The notes: generated by a model not told the origin, from the sequence alone. A DNA stretch of 64,000 nt from Eledone cirrhosa (GCA_964016885.1 OZ024758.1:7440001-7504000), one strand, 5' to 3'; numbered from the stretch's first letter, positions 14,361 through 28,024 are shown. A program made the numbers and translations.

Positions 14361-14714
14361 AAGTATACAAGAGTATACACACACGTTATTCCTACCTGTT
14401 CGACACTTATCCTTTCTTCTCTAACTGGGACCATCATGGCGTCGGATTAAAATGCTTCACATCAATTATTCCCGCTACTCTTCAGATCCTGATTCTATCC
14501 CTCTTGATATCTGCATTGATTTTCATCTTTCAGGGATCTGTGGTTTGCAAAGTTCTGAAATTCAGCCTTCGAAAATGGCTGACAGACCACACGCGTGTTT
14601 TCCTCCTGTCTAAGGTTTATTTTTACCGCTTCCTTTCTTTTATTACTCCCATCTATCTTTTTGTTTCTTTTTCTCTCTCTCTCAAACACCCTTTCTTCTC
14701 TGTCTCATACTATC

Positions 14715-14832
14715 TTGCGACGAAGGTTAAACGTCTGAAACGTTAACACTGTTTTCCTGCTATGTCAAGCGATAAACTAATATATATCATGCTTATATTG
14801 TCCAGTGGAGTATTTCCTTGTTGAATTTTCTT
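14715..14832 (+). mobile_element. Decayed family C hammerhead/Penelope-like terminus
   Basis: gcgacgaaggttaaacgtctgaaacgttaacactgttttcctgctatgtcaagcgataaactaatata aligns with the reverse complement of 46335-46410 and ends at (CA)n. Confidence 0.55.
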
Positions 14833-14868
<36 letters not shown>

Positions 14869-14949
14869 TTATATATATATATATATATATAACAAAAAAA
14901 AAGAAAATTCAACAAGGAAAAATACGACTGGACAATGTATATATATATA

Positions 14950-15407
14950 TGTGTGTGGGTGTGGGTGTGTTAGCGTATGTGTGTATGTGTGTGGTGGGTG
15001 TGTTAGCGTATGTGTGAGTATGTGTGTGTGTGTGTTAGTGTGCGTGTGTATTAGTGCATGTGTGCGTGTTAGTGTTAGTGTATGTGCGTGTGTTAGTGTG
15101 TGTGTGTTTGATAGTGTTACTGTGTGTGTGTGTGTGTTTGTTAGTGTTACAGTGTGTGTGTGTGTTTGTTAGTGTTACTGTGTGTGTGTGTGTGTTTGTT
15201 AGTGTTACTGTGTGTGTGTGTTTGTTAGTGTTACTGTGTGTGTGTGTGTGTGTTTGTTAGTGTTACAGTGTGTGTGTGTGTGTTAGTGTGCGTGTGTATT
15301 AGTGCATGTGTGCGTGTTAGTGTTAGTGTATGTGCGTGTGTTAGTGTGTGTGTGTTTGTTAGTGTTACTGTGTGTGTTTGTGTGTTTGTTAGTGTTACAG
15401 TGTTACA

Positions 15408-15435
<28 letters not shown>
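14950..15435. repeat. (GT)n-derived minisatellite with tttgttagtgttac units
   Basis: Direct reading. Confidence 0.85.
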
Positions 15436-15438
<3 letters not shown>

Positions 15439-16199
15439 ACATGCACATGTACAGCTTGACATTTAGGTTTGTAAATATTCTCACAGCTCAGTTCTTCTGC
15501 CTCCACGTCTCAGCTCCCAAAACAACAACAAAACAAAAGAAATAGCTCTCCCCTGGTGGAAGTAGCAGGAGTATCCATTAATATTTGCTGCTGCAGATTT
15601 TCATACAAGTGGTCCATAACATAACAGAGGAATATTTTTTAAAATATATTGTTGTTGCTCTCGTTTTTATTATTGTTGCTGTTGTTCTTGCTGTTGTTGT
15701 TGTTGTTGTTGCTGCTGCTGCTGTTTTGCCCCTACAAACCACTCAGAGAGGAGTGGTATCCTAGATAATCGGTACTTTTCTGGTCAACCCTACCTCAACA
15801 TCAAAGACAAAAAAACAAAGCACTTGCAAGCTATCAAGGAAGAGTTATGCATAGCTACATACTCGCTAAATTGGAAAATGATAGCAATGTAGATAACGAG
15901 AAGAGCCAATTATCAGATTTTCGCTGCTCTGCCATTTTGTTTTCCGTTACCCCCCCCCTCCAAGTATATGATGCTTGCAATTTGGAAATGATAGAGAGTT
16001 AGAATATTATTTTGTATTTGAAGCACCATAACAGCTTCTAAAGCACTCAGATATTTATGTTAGAATGGAACACATAAATCATCATCAATTGCTAAGAAAT
16101 ATTGGGGAAATAATATTTCCTTAAATGACATTTAAAGAAAAGATAACTCAGATAGTTGCACATAAAATAACAATGCAATAACGCTTTGTAAAACTCTTT

Positions 16200-16245
16200 A
16201 CATATGCATACACAGACACACATTGATACACACACACACACACAC

Positions 16246-16330
<85 letters not shown>

Positions 16331-16366
16331 TTATGTCTGTGTGTATATATATATGTATATATATAT

Positions 16367-16429
<63 letters not shown>

Positions 16430-16436
16430 CATACAT

Positions 16437-16496
<60 letters not shown>

Positions 16497-16652
16497 GTGC
16501 TTTCGTGTATGAAGTTGTGTGTAATTAAACTCGAGGCAACAATCTATGTGCAACATAGATTGTTGTGGCTTTATTGTAGGAATCAATTATCTTGCTAGAT
16601 ATTAGCATATGTCAACATGAACTTACATATATACACATACATATATACACAT

Positions 16653-16713
<61 letters not shown>

Positions 16714-16818
16714 CATATATACACATACATATATACTCATACATATATATATATATATACATACATATATATATATATATATATGCACATACATATATAT
16801 ACATGCATATATATATAC

Positions 16819-16853
<35 letters not shown>

Positions 16854-17335
16854 TACATATATACACATACATATATATATATATACACACATGCATATAT
16901 ACATATATACATACATACATATATATATATACACATACATATATATACATGCATATATATATATACACATACATATATACATATATACCTACGTATATAC
17001 ATATATATATATATACACATACATATATATACATGCATATATATATATATATTCATATATACATACATATATATATATATATATACATATATACAAGCAT
17101 ATATACATGCATAAATACATACATGCATGCATACATACATACATGCATGCATACATACATACATATATACATAGATACATACATAGACACATACATACAT
17201 GTATAGGCACATACATACACGCATACATACATGCATACATACATAAATACATACACATATACATGCATACATATATACATACATAGAGACATACATACAT
17301 ACTTACATAAATACATACATACATATATATATATC
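16200..17335. repeat. Compound (TA)n/(CATA)n microsatellite
   Basis: Direct reading. Confidence 0.9.
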
Positions 17336-17432
17336 TAACTGTTTCTACTTTAAGCACAAGGCCAGCAATTACCCAGTTCATTACTGGTACTGCACTTGGT
17401 AATTGCTGGCCTTGTGCCTAAAGTAGAAACAG

Positions 17433-17435
<3 letters not shown>
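17336..17435. repeat. Fold-back palindrome made of the SINE family 1 3' tail
   Basis: taactgtttctactttaagcacaaggccagcaattacc ... ggtaattgctggccttgtgcctaaagtagaaacagtta. Confidence 0.85.
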
Positions 17436-17486
<51 letters not shown>

Positions 17487-17554
17487 GTATTTATGTAAGT
17501 ATGTATGTATGTCTTTATGTATGTATGTAGAGACATACATACATACTTACATAA

Positions 17555-17602
<48 letters not shown>

Positions 17603-18087
17603 CCCTTGTAAATCATTACCATAATTTCTCCCACGTCTTTCATTCTGGTTCCTTCTATTATTTCCATAGCAACGTTTGTTGGTCCAGTGGTGTTCTTCGG
17701 CTTTCAATAGCAGTAATCTATAATTGTATATACGCAGAAAAGGGAAACAATTTATAAAAGTGTCACTAATTCAACGAAAACCTTAAATTATGAGAATAAA
17801 TCTATTGTGCGCTCGCCAGCATGCAGATAGGCATTCAAATATTTCGAAAACATTCAATTAAAAGGAAATGCGTTGAATCGTCTGCTAATACAGGCTTGTG
17901 TCAACGACATTCATAAGGGGGTGAAGCGCCTATACATTTATCTATGAAGATTTATGGATTATACATCTGTTGAGATATAAGTGAGTAAAGCTGTATAGTT
18001 TCCTTGGAATTAACAGATAAAAGACGGAGTAAAGTATTTAGTAACAACTCTCCGACAAAATGGTGGTCGGATAAAGATTATATACAG

Positions 18088-18785
18088 GAAGATAGAAGTG
18101 TAGAGAGAGAAGTGTAGAGATAGAAGTGTAGGGATAGAAGTGTAGTGAGAGGAGTGTAGGAATATAAGTGTAGGAATATAAGTATAGATATATAAGTATA
18201 GATATATAAGTGTAGATATATAAGTGTAGAGATATCAGTGTAGAGATATATGTGTAGAGATATAAGTGTAGAGATAGAAGTGTAGAGATGGAAGTGTAGA
18301 AATAGAAGTGTAGATATAGAAGTGTAGATATATAAGTATTGAGATATAAGTATAGAAATATAAGTGTAGTAGATATATATATATAAGTGTAGAAATATAA
18401 GTGTAGATATATAAGTGTAGAGATATAATTGTAGAAATATAAGTGTAGAGGTAGAAGCCTAGTGATATAAGTGTAGAGATACAATTGTAGATATATAAGT
18501 GTAGAAATACAAGTGTAGAGATATATAAGTGTAGATATATAAGTGTAGAGATATATAAGTGTAGATATATAAGTGTAAAGATATAAGTATAGAGATAGAA
18601 GTGTAGTGATATAAGTGTAGAGATATAAGTATAGAGATAGAAGTGTAGTTATATAAGTGTAGAGATATAAGTATAGAGATAGAAGTGTAGTTATATAAGT
18701 GTAGAGATATAAGTATAGAGATAGAAGTGTAGAGATAGAAGTGTAGAGATATAAGTGCAAATATAAGTATAGAGATAGAAGCGAG
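18088..18785. repeat. ~14-bp minisatellite (gatataagtgtaga / gatagaagtgtaga)
   Basis: Direct reading; it accounts for the spurious 240-aa ORF. Confidence 0.9.
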
Positions 18786-18883
18786 TAGACGTAAATAGTT
18801 TCCTTGGAATTACCAGATAAAGGGCAACATTTTCATTGACAACTCTATAACATAATGACAGTTGTCATTATGTTATAGAATAC

Positions 18884-19020
18884 AGTTACGTCCCTTTACG
18901 ATCTGAGTTCAAATCCCGCCGAGGTTGACTTTGCCTTTCATCCTTACGGGGTCGATAAAATAAAGTACCAGTAATGTACTGGGTAATTGCTGGCCTTGTG
19001 CCTAAAGTAGAAACAATTAT
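18884..19020 (+). mobile_element. 5'-truncated SINE family 1
   Basis: agttacgtccctttacgatctgagttcaaatcccgccgagg...agtagaaacaatt. Confidence 0.85.
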
Positions 19021-20237
19021 ATTATAGAATAAAAAGATTATAATTATTTCCCCAGCATATAATTATATACTGGGGAAATACTTATAGCGAGCTTGTTCTG
19101 TGAGCTAAGAAATTATTTTTTAACTTATGTCATTAACCTAGCTTTTGAAGTTACTCCAAGTTGTTGAAACAAATGTTCATTCAATTTTAATATAGGAATA
19201 GAAATTCTTTCACAACTCTTCACACTTTTTTCAAATATTGTTTGTAATCACTTTAAAAACATTTTATATTATATTATATTATATTATATTATATTATATT
19301 ATATTATATTATATTATATTTATTTTATATCCCTGAAATATTTCGAACATCTTTTACAAAATCAGTTCTTTAGAAAACATGTTGTTTTGTCGTTGAAGCA
19401 GTGATACTTAAGGTGAAATTGTTAAGGGTAGTGGTAATAGTGTCGACGATGGAGAATATAGCGGCGTTTCTGGTTTTCCAGAAAGTCCTCCTCAGTAATT
19501 ATATTGATATCAATTCAGAATCTAAGCCAATTGAAATTTAATTGTTGAAAGCTTGAATGGTAGTTGATGGAATCTTTATAGCCCATTGGTGTCCCTGGAA
19601 ATGCTATTTTTAATAATTATAGATTTATTCATGTCATAACTGACTATTTCATATTTTATTTTTAAATTATTATTTCATTTTGTTTTTCTTTTTACAATTT
19701 TTAAAACTAGATTCCTGTAGAAAATATGAGCAATAAGTTTCGTATGAAAAAATAACGATCAACGTTACTGGAAAGGCTTTGAGGGATTTTTTAAAAATCC
19801 CAATTATAATTTGACATTGTGCTGTATAGCTTCTTCAATGAAAACATGACCTGGCCCTTTGGCTCATTCGACTGGAAAAGTTGCAAACAAATATTGTTGA
19901 ATAGGGAATATAAAAAGGAAAAAAATAATTAAATGAATAAATAAAAAATAAACAATTTTTTTTTTTTTAGATATTTAAAAAAAAGTTTATCGTTCGATGA
20001 ATATATGATTCGATTATATGAAGTGAATTGTACAACTTTCTGAAGTGTTAGTTTAATCTCTGGATTCATTCAATGGCATCTTTAATTGATCACGGGGATA
20101 TAAACGGTATTAGTGATAGCACACACAGACACACACACACACAAAAGAGAATTAAGGATCCACTAAAAGGTAGTATTAGTTAGGTCAGACTTCTACCTAC
20201 TATGGTACTATGTAAGACCCTGGTTTTTTTTAGGTAT

Positions 20238-20445
20238 ACTTCTGACTGCTACTGGTACCATGTAAGCCCAATACAACCTGCTTCATGGTTGAGTGGTCGG
20301 TGACTAAACCGTCTCCTCCACCAAACCCTGGTCTTTTGAAGTCTGACTTCTGACTACTACTGGTACCATGTAAACCCAGTAAAACCTGCTTCAAGGTCGA
20401 GTAGTCGGTGACTAAACCGTCTCCGCCACCAAATTCTGGTCTTGC
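20238..20445. repeat. ~108-bp tandem duplication within an unclassified interspersed repeat
   Basis: acttctgact.ctactggtaccatgtaa...ggtgactaaaccgtctcc.ccaccaaa occurs twice; related motif at ~13090-13125. Confidence 0.8.
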
Positions 20446-20683
20446 TAGAAGGGTAAGGGAAACCCCGGCAGCACAAAAAAAAAAAAATAGGAGCTACTAA
20501 AAGGGCAGATGTATCCTCAGTCAACAACCATCTACCCCAACTATGGGTTAAATATCCTCACCAAGCCGCAATTGGCCAAGCGTGGTGAGTCCGACTACAC
20601 CCTTGACATGGCCAAAACGAAAAAGGGGTGGAGGTCAACCAGAGAGGGGTTCCTCCAATAAGATTGTGAAGGCCTTGGATTAA

Positions 20684-20907
20684 TCCTTAAGCATTTACAT
20701 TACTCTATATATACTATTGCATTTTTGTGGTAAAGGCTTTATCTCACATAATATCTCACATAATATCTCACGAATCTATGAGATTTTGATATTATCTATT
20801 TTGAGAACAATACCTTAACATCAACATGAGTGGCCGGTTATTGCCGGTTTGACCAGAAAAAGCTGAAAGAATTCTGGCCGGATATGACCGGTTTGAATGC
20901 TTAAGGT
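20684..20907. mobile_element. piggyBac-like MITE
   Basis: TTAA-tccttaagcattt ... aatgcttaaggt-TTGA; homologous (inverted) to 40522-41127. Confidence 0.7.
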
Positions 20908-21584
20908 TTGAATTGAAAAGTAGTGTTTCATATTCTTTTACCTTTTGTATCTACTTTTACCTAAAACTTATAGATTTACCAATATCCTAAGATGCGAAGA
21001 AATGTGGAATGGAAGACAAACATTCCTCTCATCACACACATTTCACAAACTTGATGTTCAGCTTCACACACAAAAAGTTTCGTTTTTATTAGCTGCACTT
21101 AAACACCATACGAAACAAAGTAAGAATGTGATATTTTTCTCAACATAAAACCTTTCAAGACATTTTCCTGTATTCTGTGTACGCAAGTGTTAACGTTTAC
21201 CGCCATCATTCATATAGGCCAGTAATTATATATAATGTAGGAAGGATGTCAAGACTTAATATTACTATAGTCATGAATAAATTAAATTGGTTGAAGAGCA
21301 GCGCTATTCTTAAATTGGTTACCACAATAGCTCGTGGCGATTAAATAGTTGATTTATCTAGTGAAGAGTTTGCCTGAGCTATATAATCTATGATCATAAT
21401 TATATGGTTCTAGAATTGACAGCAATACTCAATAATGTTGTTAATAATTAACCATATTTCTTCCAAAGTCATTGAACATACGGGATATACAGTTTTTATA
21501 TAAACTTGAAATACAGACAAATATCGCTCTCTTCCATATTGTAAATGTCGCTATCTTTTCTACTAAAACGACGTAATCTTCTTC

Positions 21585-21690
21585 TTCTTTGCCTTCTTCT
21601 TCTTCTTCTTCTTCTTCTTCTTCTTCTTCTTCTTCTTCTTCTTCTTCTTCTTCTTCTTCTTCTTCTTCTTCTTCTTCTTCTTCTTCTTTC
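21585..21690. repeat. (CTT)n microsatellite
   Basis: Direct reading. Confidence 0.95.
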
Positions 21691-21992
21691 TGCTTCTCTT
21701 TCTTCTTCCACTTCTCCAAGATCGACTTAAAAAAAGTACCAGTCAAGTACTGGGGTTGATTCTTCCTCTATATCTCTTTCTCGCTTGTATTCTCTCTCTC
21801 TCTCTCTCTCTCTCACCTTCTCTCTCTCTCCTTCTCTCCATCTCTGGAGGAAGTCTGCTGTATTCAGACCTGGAGAGTGGAATGGACTCCACCAGGCTTA
21901 AAATGCCTCCTCAAGAATAACGGGACCATATCCATAACCCCCCCCCCCCCACACACACACACACACCATCTTCTGTACTGTAAATATCACTA

Positions 21993-22170
21993 CCGTATTT
22001 CCCGGCGTCTAAGACGCTACTTTTTTCCTAAAATAAGTCTCAGAAAAAATCTACCATGCGTCCTGGAGGCCGAAGGTTGTTTATTATTTTTTTTTTTTTT
22101 TCAAATTTTTGGTTGTCAAAATTAGGGTGCGCCCTGTAGGACGAAGCGTCTTCGGCGCCGGGAAATACGG
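21993..22170. mobile_element. pogo/Tc2-like MITE
   Basis: Perfect 15-bp TIR ccgtatttcccggcg / cgccgggaaatacgg, TA target duplication. Confidence 0.9.
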
Positions 22171-22249
22171 TAATTTCTGTACTGTACTGTAAATATCACT
22201 ATATACTGTTCTGTAAATATTACTGTATACTATACATTAAATCATAAAT

Positions 22250-22442
22250 AACTGTTTCTACTTTAGGCACAAGGCCAGCAATTACTCAGCACATTACTGG
22301 TACTTTATTTTATCGACCCCGTAAGGATGAAAGGCAAAGTTAACCTCGGTGGGATTTGAACTCAGATCATAAAGGGACGTAACTCTATGCTAGAAAGCAT
22401 GGCGTCCAACCCTCTACCGATACTGCCAAATCAACCACCCTC
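22250..22442 (-). mobile_element. SINE family 1
   Basis: Full-length match to the reference copy. Confidence 0.9.
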
Positions 22443-22662
22443 ATTAAATAATAAATAACAACATCTTTTTGCAATTATATTACTTCGTGTGTGTCTGAAA
22501 TACACTTAAGAAGTGTAACTATCTTATAATCTAATTTATACCTCCTCTGCTTCTTATGTAAGAACAAAAATTAAATTAAGCAAATATATTACTAAAAATC
22601 TGCCTCTATAAGTGTGACTAACAACAATTTACATATCGTTAGATAACAGTTTATTATTTGAA

Positions 22663-23330
22663 AGGGGGCGCTGGATTGACTGGTAACCGCTAGAGTCTCG
22701 GACAAGAGGCTTTGTGGTATGGAGTTACGTCCCTTTACATCCTGAGTTCAAATTCCGCCGAGGTTAGTTTTGCCTCTCATCCTTACGGGAGTCGATAAAA
22801 TAAAGTACCAGTCACGCACTGGGGTCGATTTAATCGACTTTTCCCTCCCCCCCCAAAAAAAAATTGCTGGCCTTGTGCCTATATAAGAAGCCATTATTTG
22901 AAAGGGGCGGTTGATTGACAGTAACCGGTAGAGCCACGGACAACATGCTTTGTGGCATGGAGTTACGTCCCATTACATCCTGCGTTCAAATTCCGCCGAG
23001 TTTAGTTTTGCCTTTAATCCTTACGGGGTCGATAAAATAAAGTACCAGTAATGCACTGGGGTAATTGCTGGCCTTGTGCCGAAACCAGAAACTATTATTT
23101 AAAAGAGTAGTGAATTAGCAGCAATGGTAGAGAGTCGGACAACATGCTTTACGGCATAGAGTTACGGCCCTTTACGTTCTGAGTTCATATCTGGTTGGGA
23201 TTAGCTTTGCCTTCCATCTTTACGAGGTCGATAAAATACAGTACCAGTAACGCACTGGGCTGATTCAATCGATGTTTCCTCTCCCCATAGAATATTTTTG
23301 GCCTTGTGCCTAAATCAGAAACCACAATTT
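22663..23330 (+). mobile_element. Three head-to-tail SINE family 1 copies
   Basis: Units start at ~22663, ~22902 and ~23103, each preceded by ttattt(g/a)aa and each with the B-box and the gtcgataaaata.agtaccagt core. Confidence 0.85.
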
Positions 23331-23982
23331 GAAAATGACTTTCTAGAGTTACCAAGTGTGATATAATTGTGTTTCTAAATGAACTGATTTTAATGTTATT
23401 TTTCATGTGTAGTTAAATAAGAAGTGACCGGGGCGATGATCTCTTTACGTCTCCCAGACTGATCGAATTAACCTGATTGATTTTCAATTTGCAAATTTCT
23501 AGGTCGATATCAACAGAAATATAACGTAAATGAAGAGGAATTTCTAGAAGGATGCACTCCGAAGTGAGATGATTGTATTATTATTGTTTAGGTTTCTAGA
23601 AGGATGCACTCCAAGTTTGAGATGTGTGAATTGAGGCAGGTTATGTGAGATGGAAGAAAGAGAAGTAGGTGGGCTAGGTGACCCAGGATATAAAAGTATA
23701 CAGCTAGCTAGTTCATAGGAATAACAACTATTGATTTGGTAGGAGAAGAGGCAGGAAAGCATGACGATGCGTCTGTGTGCTAATAGTTAGGTTGGGAAGT
23801 AAATAGAAAGATGACCTCTCCATGAGGTTGTTGCAGTTTAATCTCTAGATCAGACATGGACACACCTTTTTGGAAAAGTGGGCCGCATAAGATGTGGTTC
23901 ATCATAAGGTGGGCCGACCTACTAAAAAAATTCAAGGTAACTTTGAAATTAGGCGTGGCATTCAGAAAGCCAACAAGTGGCT

Positions 23983-24234
23983 CTTCAGCCTATGAACTTT
24001 TCAGCCGAGACTCGTATTAAGTGAAATCTATAAGCTGAAAAGTTCATAGGCTGACCAAGATACTCTCATGGAATGACCAAATGATGTTTATTTTTCAACA
24101 TAGTCCCTGGAAAGAAACAATGCAGTTATTAATAACAACTGTTGAAACTAATGCATGCAAGATTTCACAGCTCTAACATCACTCCTTCATAGTCAGCATT
24201 TTATAGTTATGAACATTTACAGCTGACCATCGTA
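23983..24234 (+). mobile_element. Mariner-like MITE plus an adjacent extra TIR fragment
   Basis: agctgaaaagttcataggctgaccaagatactctcatggaatgacc...tatgaacatttacagctgaccatcgta; same family as 41138, 55173, 58250 and 63445. Confidence 0.75.
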
Positions 24235-24442
24235 TTTACAGCTGACCTTATCATATAAAGAATATGTATTTTCACTTATAATCAGAACTTTTTTAGATTA
24301 AGGAAAAATAATGTATTATATAAGATATTATTATGTTGGCGTAAAGTGAAAATTATCGGTTTCAACATGATACATTTAGACTAAAGATAATGATCAGATG
24401 AAGCCAATATTCAGACATTGTGTCGTTGCTTCGTCTTTAATT

Positions 24443-24730
24443 AATTGTTTCTACTTTTGGCACAAGGCCAGCAATTACCCCAGTGCATTACTGGTACTTT
24501 ATTTTATCGACCCCGTAAGGATGAAAGGCAAAGTTAACCTCGGCGGGATTAACTTTTTAGTAATATAATTGTTTCTACTTTTGGCACAAGGCCAGCAATT
24601 ACCCCAGTGTATTACTGGTAGTTTATTTTATCGACCCCGTAAAGATCGAAGGCAAAGTTAACCTCGGCGGGATTTAAACTCAGACCATAAAGGGCCGTAA
24701 CTCTTTGCTGCAAAGTATGGCGTCATACTC
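24443..24730 (-). mobile_element. Two tandem partial SINE family 1 copies
   Basis: aattgtttctacttttggcacaaggccagc...aacctcggcggg occurs twice. Confidence 0.85.
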
Positions 24731-24791
24731 TCTATATTCTCTTCCCCCCTCTCTCTCTTTTTCTCTCTCTCTCCCTCTGTCTCTCTCTCTC

Positions 24792-24822
<31 letters not shown>

Positions 24823-24903
24823 ATATATATACATACACATACATTTAAATGTACACAGACACATATATATTATATATACATGTATATATATCTCTATATA
24901 TAT

Positions 24904-25008
<105 letters not shown>

Positions 25009-25032
25009 CATACATATATATATGTGTGTGTG

Positions 25033-25096
<64 letters not shown>

Positions 25097-25489
25097 TGTG
25101 TGTTTATGTGTGTATATATATATATATATAAGGAACCTACTACAATCGATTATCAAAGAACCGTCTTGAGAGGCGTAGTTTCTCCAGCCGTGGCGAAAGC
25201 AATCCGTCTAAGTGCTCTGGTCACTTCAATTTAGAAACGTCTAACAGATGATGGAGAGGCACTTAGTGACTAAGCCATCCTCTCTCTGGAATATATTAAC
25301 TCCTGAACCCATCAAGCACCGCATTAGCTAGAGCTCTCTAGCTATATCTCAGCTGTTCTTATTACGAATGGTATAACCGCGCTAGGATCAATGCTTTCTC
25401 GCGTATTTCTCAGCTTTTCCTATGGTTAAATGGTGTAGACACTGTCCTCACGCTGTTAATACCACAACTATATATTCATTTATCTAAAC

Positions 25490-25837
25490 CATTGCTTCCC
25501 AACCAAGGGGCCCATGGCACACCAGTGGGCCATAGCAAGTTATTAGGGGAGCCACGGAAATTAACTAAAAATCACAACATTTTATACATAAAAAAGAAGA
25601 GTAGTTTCCTAACATAATTTTTTTCTTTTTCTTGCTTCAAATTTTTATATTCAACTTTTTATCAACTTTCTACCTTTTCTAATTATGATTTTACTTCACA
25701 AATAAAAAGACGTGCCAAAATTATTTCTAGATAAAAAAATTATATCAAAAATTTTAATTTTTTGGGGGGGCGGGTGGGGCATACTGTTTTGCTATATCAT
25801 TAAGGTGGAATTTATTATAAAAGGTTGGGAACTGCTG
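25490..25837. mobile_element. hAT-superfamily MITE
   Basis: TIRs cattgcttcccaacc / ggttgggaactgctg; perfect 8-bp TSD atctaaac at 25482-25489 and 25838-25845. Confidence 0.9.
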
Positions 25838-26249
25838 ATCTAAACGAAAAGGATTTATACTAAAACAACGATGTAAGGGTTAGAAATAAACACACATTTA
25901 TATATATATATATATATACCTTTTAAGACTTGAAAATATACCATTGAGTGTTTTATCCGATGTCGGCATAATTTACAGATATGTATTTTCCTTGTGTTAA
26001 GAAAACTTATTTAATGTATGTTTACTTGTTATTAAATTGATCGTGGAATCTTAACAGTCATATGTACACAAGTCTTCTTCTTTCGTATGAAACTGTTGCT
26101 CTCTCGAGTTGGGGTCGTTCACCTGACCGAGATCAGAGATCAGTAATCAGTATCCAGGGCCCTCTGCTAGAAGGTCAAGAACTTGGGCCTCATATATATA
26201 TATATATATATATTCCAGGGATTGGCCATAACTAGTTATTTGTCCTTTC

Positions 26250-27350
26250 TAATATCTATATTTTCTAGCATGTTCTAATATCTATATTTTCCAGCATCTT
26301 ATAATATCTACTGTATTTCCCGGCGCCGAAGACGTTCGTCCTCGAGGGCTCACCCTAATTTTGACAACCAAAAAATAATAGACAACCTTCGGCCTCCAGG
26401 ACTCACGGTAGATTTCTGAGACTTATTTTAGGAAAAAAGTAGCGTCTTCGACGCCGAGAAATACGGTATGTTTTCTAGCACGTTCTAATATCTATAATTT
26501 CTAGCACATTCTTATATCTATATTTTCTAGCACATTATAATATCTATATTTTCTAGCACGTTATATCTATATTTCTAGCACCTTATATCGATATTTCTAG
26601 CACCTTATATCTATATTTCTAGCACCTTATATGTATATTTTCTAGCACCTTATATCGATATTTCTAGCACCTTATATCTATATTTCTAGCACCTTATATC
26701 TATATTTTCTAGCACCTCATATCTATATTTCTAGCACCTTATATCTATATTTTCTAGCACGTTATATCTATATTTCTAGCACCTTATATCGATATTTCTA
26801 GCACCTTATATCTATATTTCTAGCACCTTATATCTATATTTTCTAGCACCTTATATCTATATTTCTAGCACCTTATATCTATATTTTCTAGCACCTTATA
26901 TCGATATTTCTAGCACCTTATATCTATATTTCTAGCACCTTATATCGATATTTCTAGCACCTTATATCTATATTTCTAGCACCTTATATCTATATTTCTA
27001 GCACCTTATATCTATATTTCTAGCACCTTATATCTATATTTTCTAGCACGTTATATCTATATTTCTAGCACGTTGTATCTATATTTCTAGCACGTTGTAT
27101 CTATATTTCTTGCACGTTGTATCTATATTTCTAGCACGTTATAATATCTATATTTCTAGAACGTTGTATCTATATTTCTAGCACCTTATAATATCTATAT
27201 TTCTAGGACGTTGTATCTATATTTCTAGCACGTTGTATCTATATTTCTTGCACGTTGTATCTATATTTCTAGCACGTTGTATCTATATTTCTAGCACGTT
27301 GTATCTATATTTCTAGCACGTTATAATATCTATATTTCTAGCACATTATA
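26250..27350. repeat. ~22-bp minisatellite tatctatatttctagcacctta with polarised variants
   Basis: cctta variants lie to the left and cgttg variants to the right; a MITE is inserted near the left end. Confidence 0.95.
26311..26466. mobile_element. pogo/Tc2-like MITE (inverted copy of 21993-22170)
   Basis: TA-ctgtatttcccggcgccgaagacg ... cgtcttcgacgccgagaaatacgg-TA. Confidence 0.9.
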
Positions 27351-28024
27351 AAGTTACGTGGTCTTTCAATGAAGTTTATCGAATATTTGTCTTACTTTGT
27401 TTTGCTTTTAAAACGAGATACAACACAAGAAAGGGACTCGGATGCATTAGTAGTTGTTTAGAAGCTCTGGAGTGAGATACAGTATGTCGAATTAAATTAT
27501 CAAATCAGATTCCTTTCTGATGTAATATCAACATAGCTTTAGGCGCCTACAAACTAAATAAATATAATAAGCAATGGGTAAGAACCAATATGTTTAGAAA
27601 TCTTTTTTGAAAAGTAATGGAAGTTGTCTGGATAACGTCAAACGAACTGTCAACTACATATAATGACATTAGTTTCTTAGTTTTATATAAACATAAACAT
27701 ATTGACTGAAAGTGCGGTAATTGTGTTGACAGGAGACGGGAAATATAGTGTTTAATTCTGGCACTTAGTTCGAACCCACCAATGGTGTTGTGTGTGGTCT
27801 AGTTGCTATATTATGTGTGCGCATGCGTGAGCATGTACGTTATCTACATTTATATTTTTTATACAAATAAATCCGCGTAATAAAACAGTACTGCGACATA
27901 TACAAGAGAGAATAAAAATGTGTCATCCCAGTACTTGCTACGTTTTTATTGTCTCTCATGTGTTCTCTTTAAATAAGCACATTCAGTTCATTTCTCAGTT
28001 TAATAATAGTACATAGGCGTGAAC

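Noticed and set aside
13865-14746. Overlapping ORFs in many frames and a CRISPR-like look
   Set aside because: This is a 29-bp head-to-tail minisatellite with no unique spacers and no cas genes, in a eukaryotic context.
16092-17381. Numerous YI/HT/CV-repeat ORFs (also elsewhere in the window)
   Set aside because: Dinucleotide and tetranucleotide microsatellite read-through.
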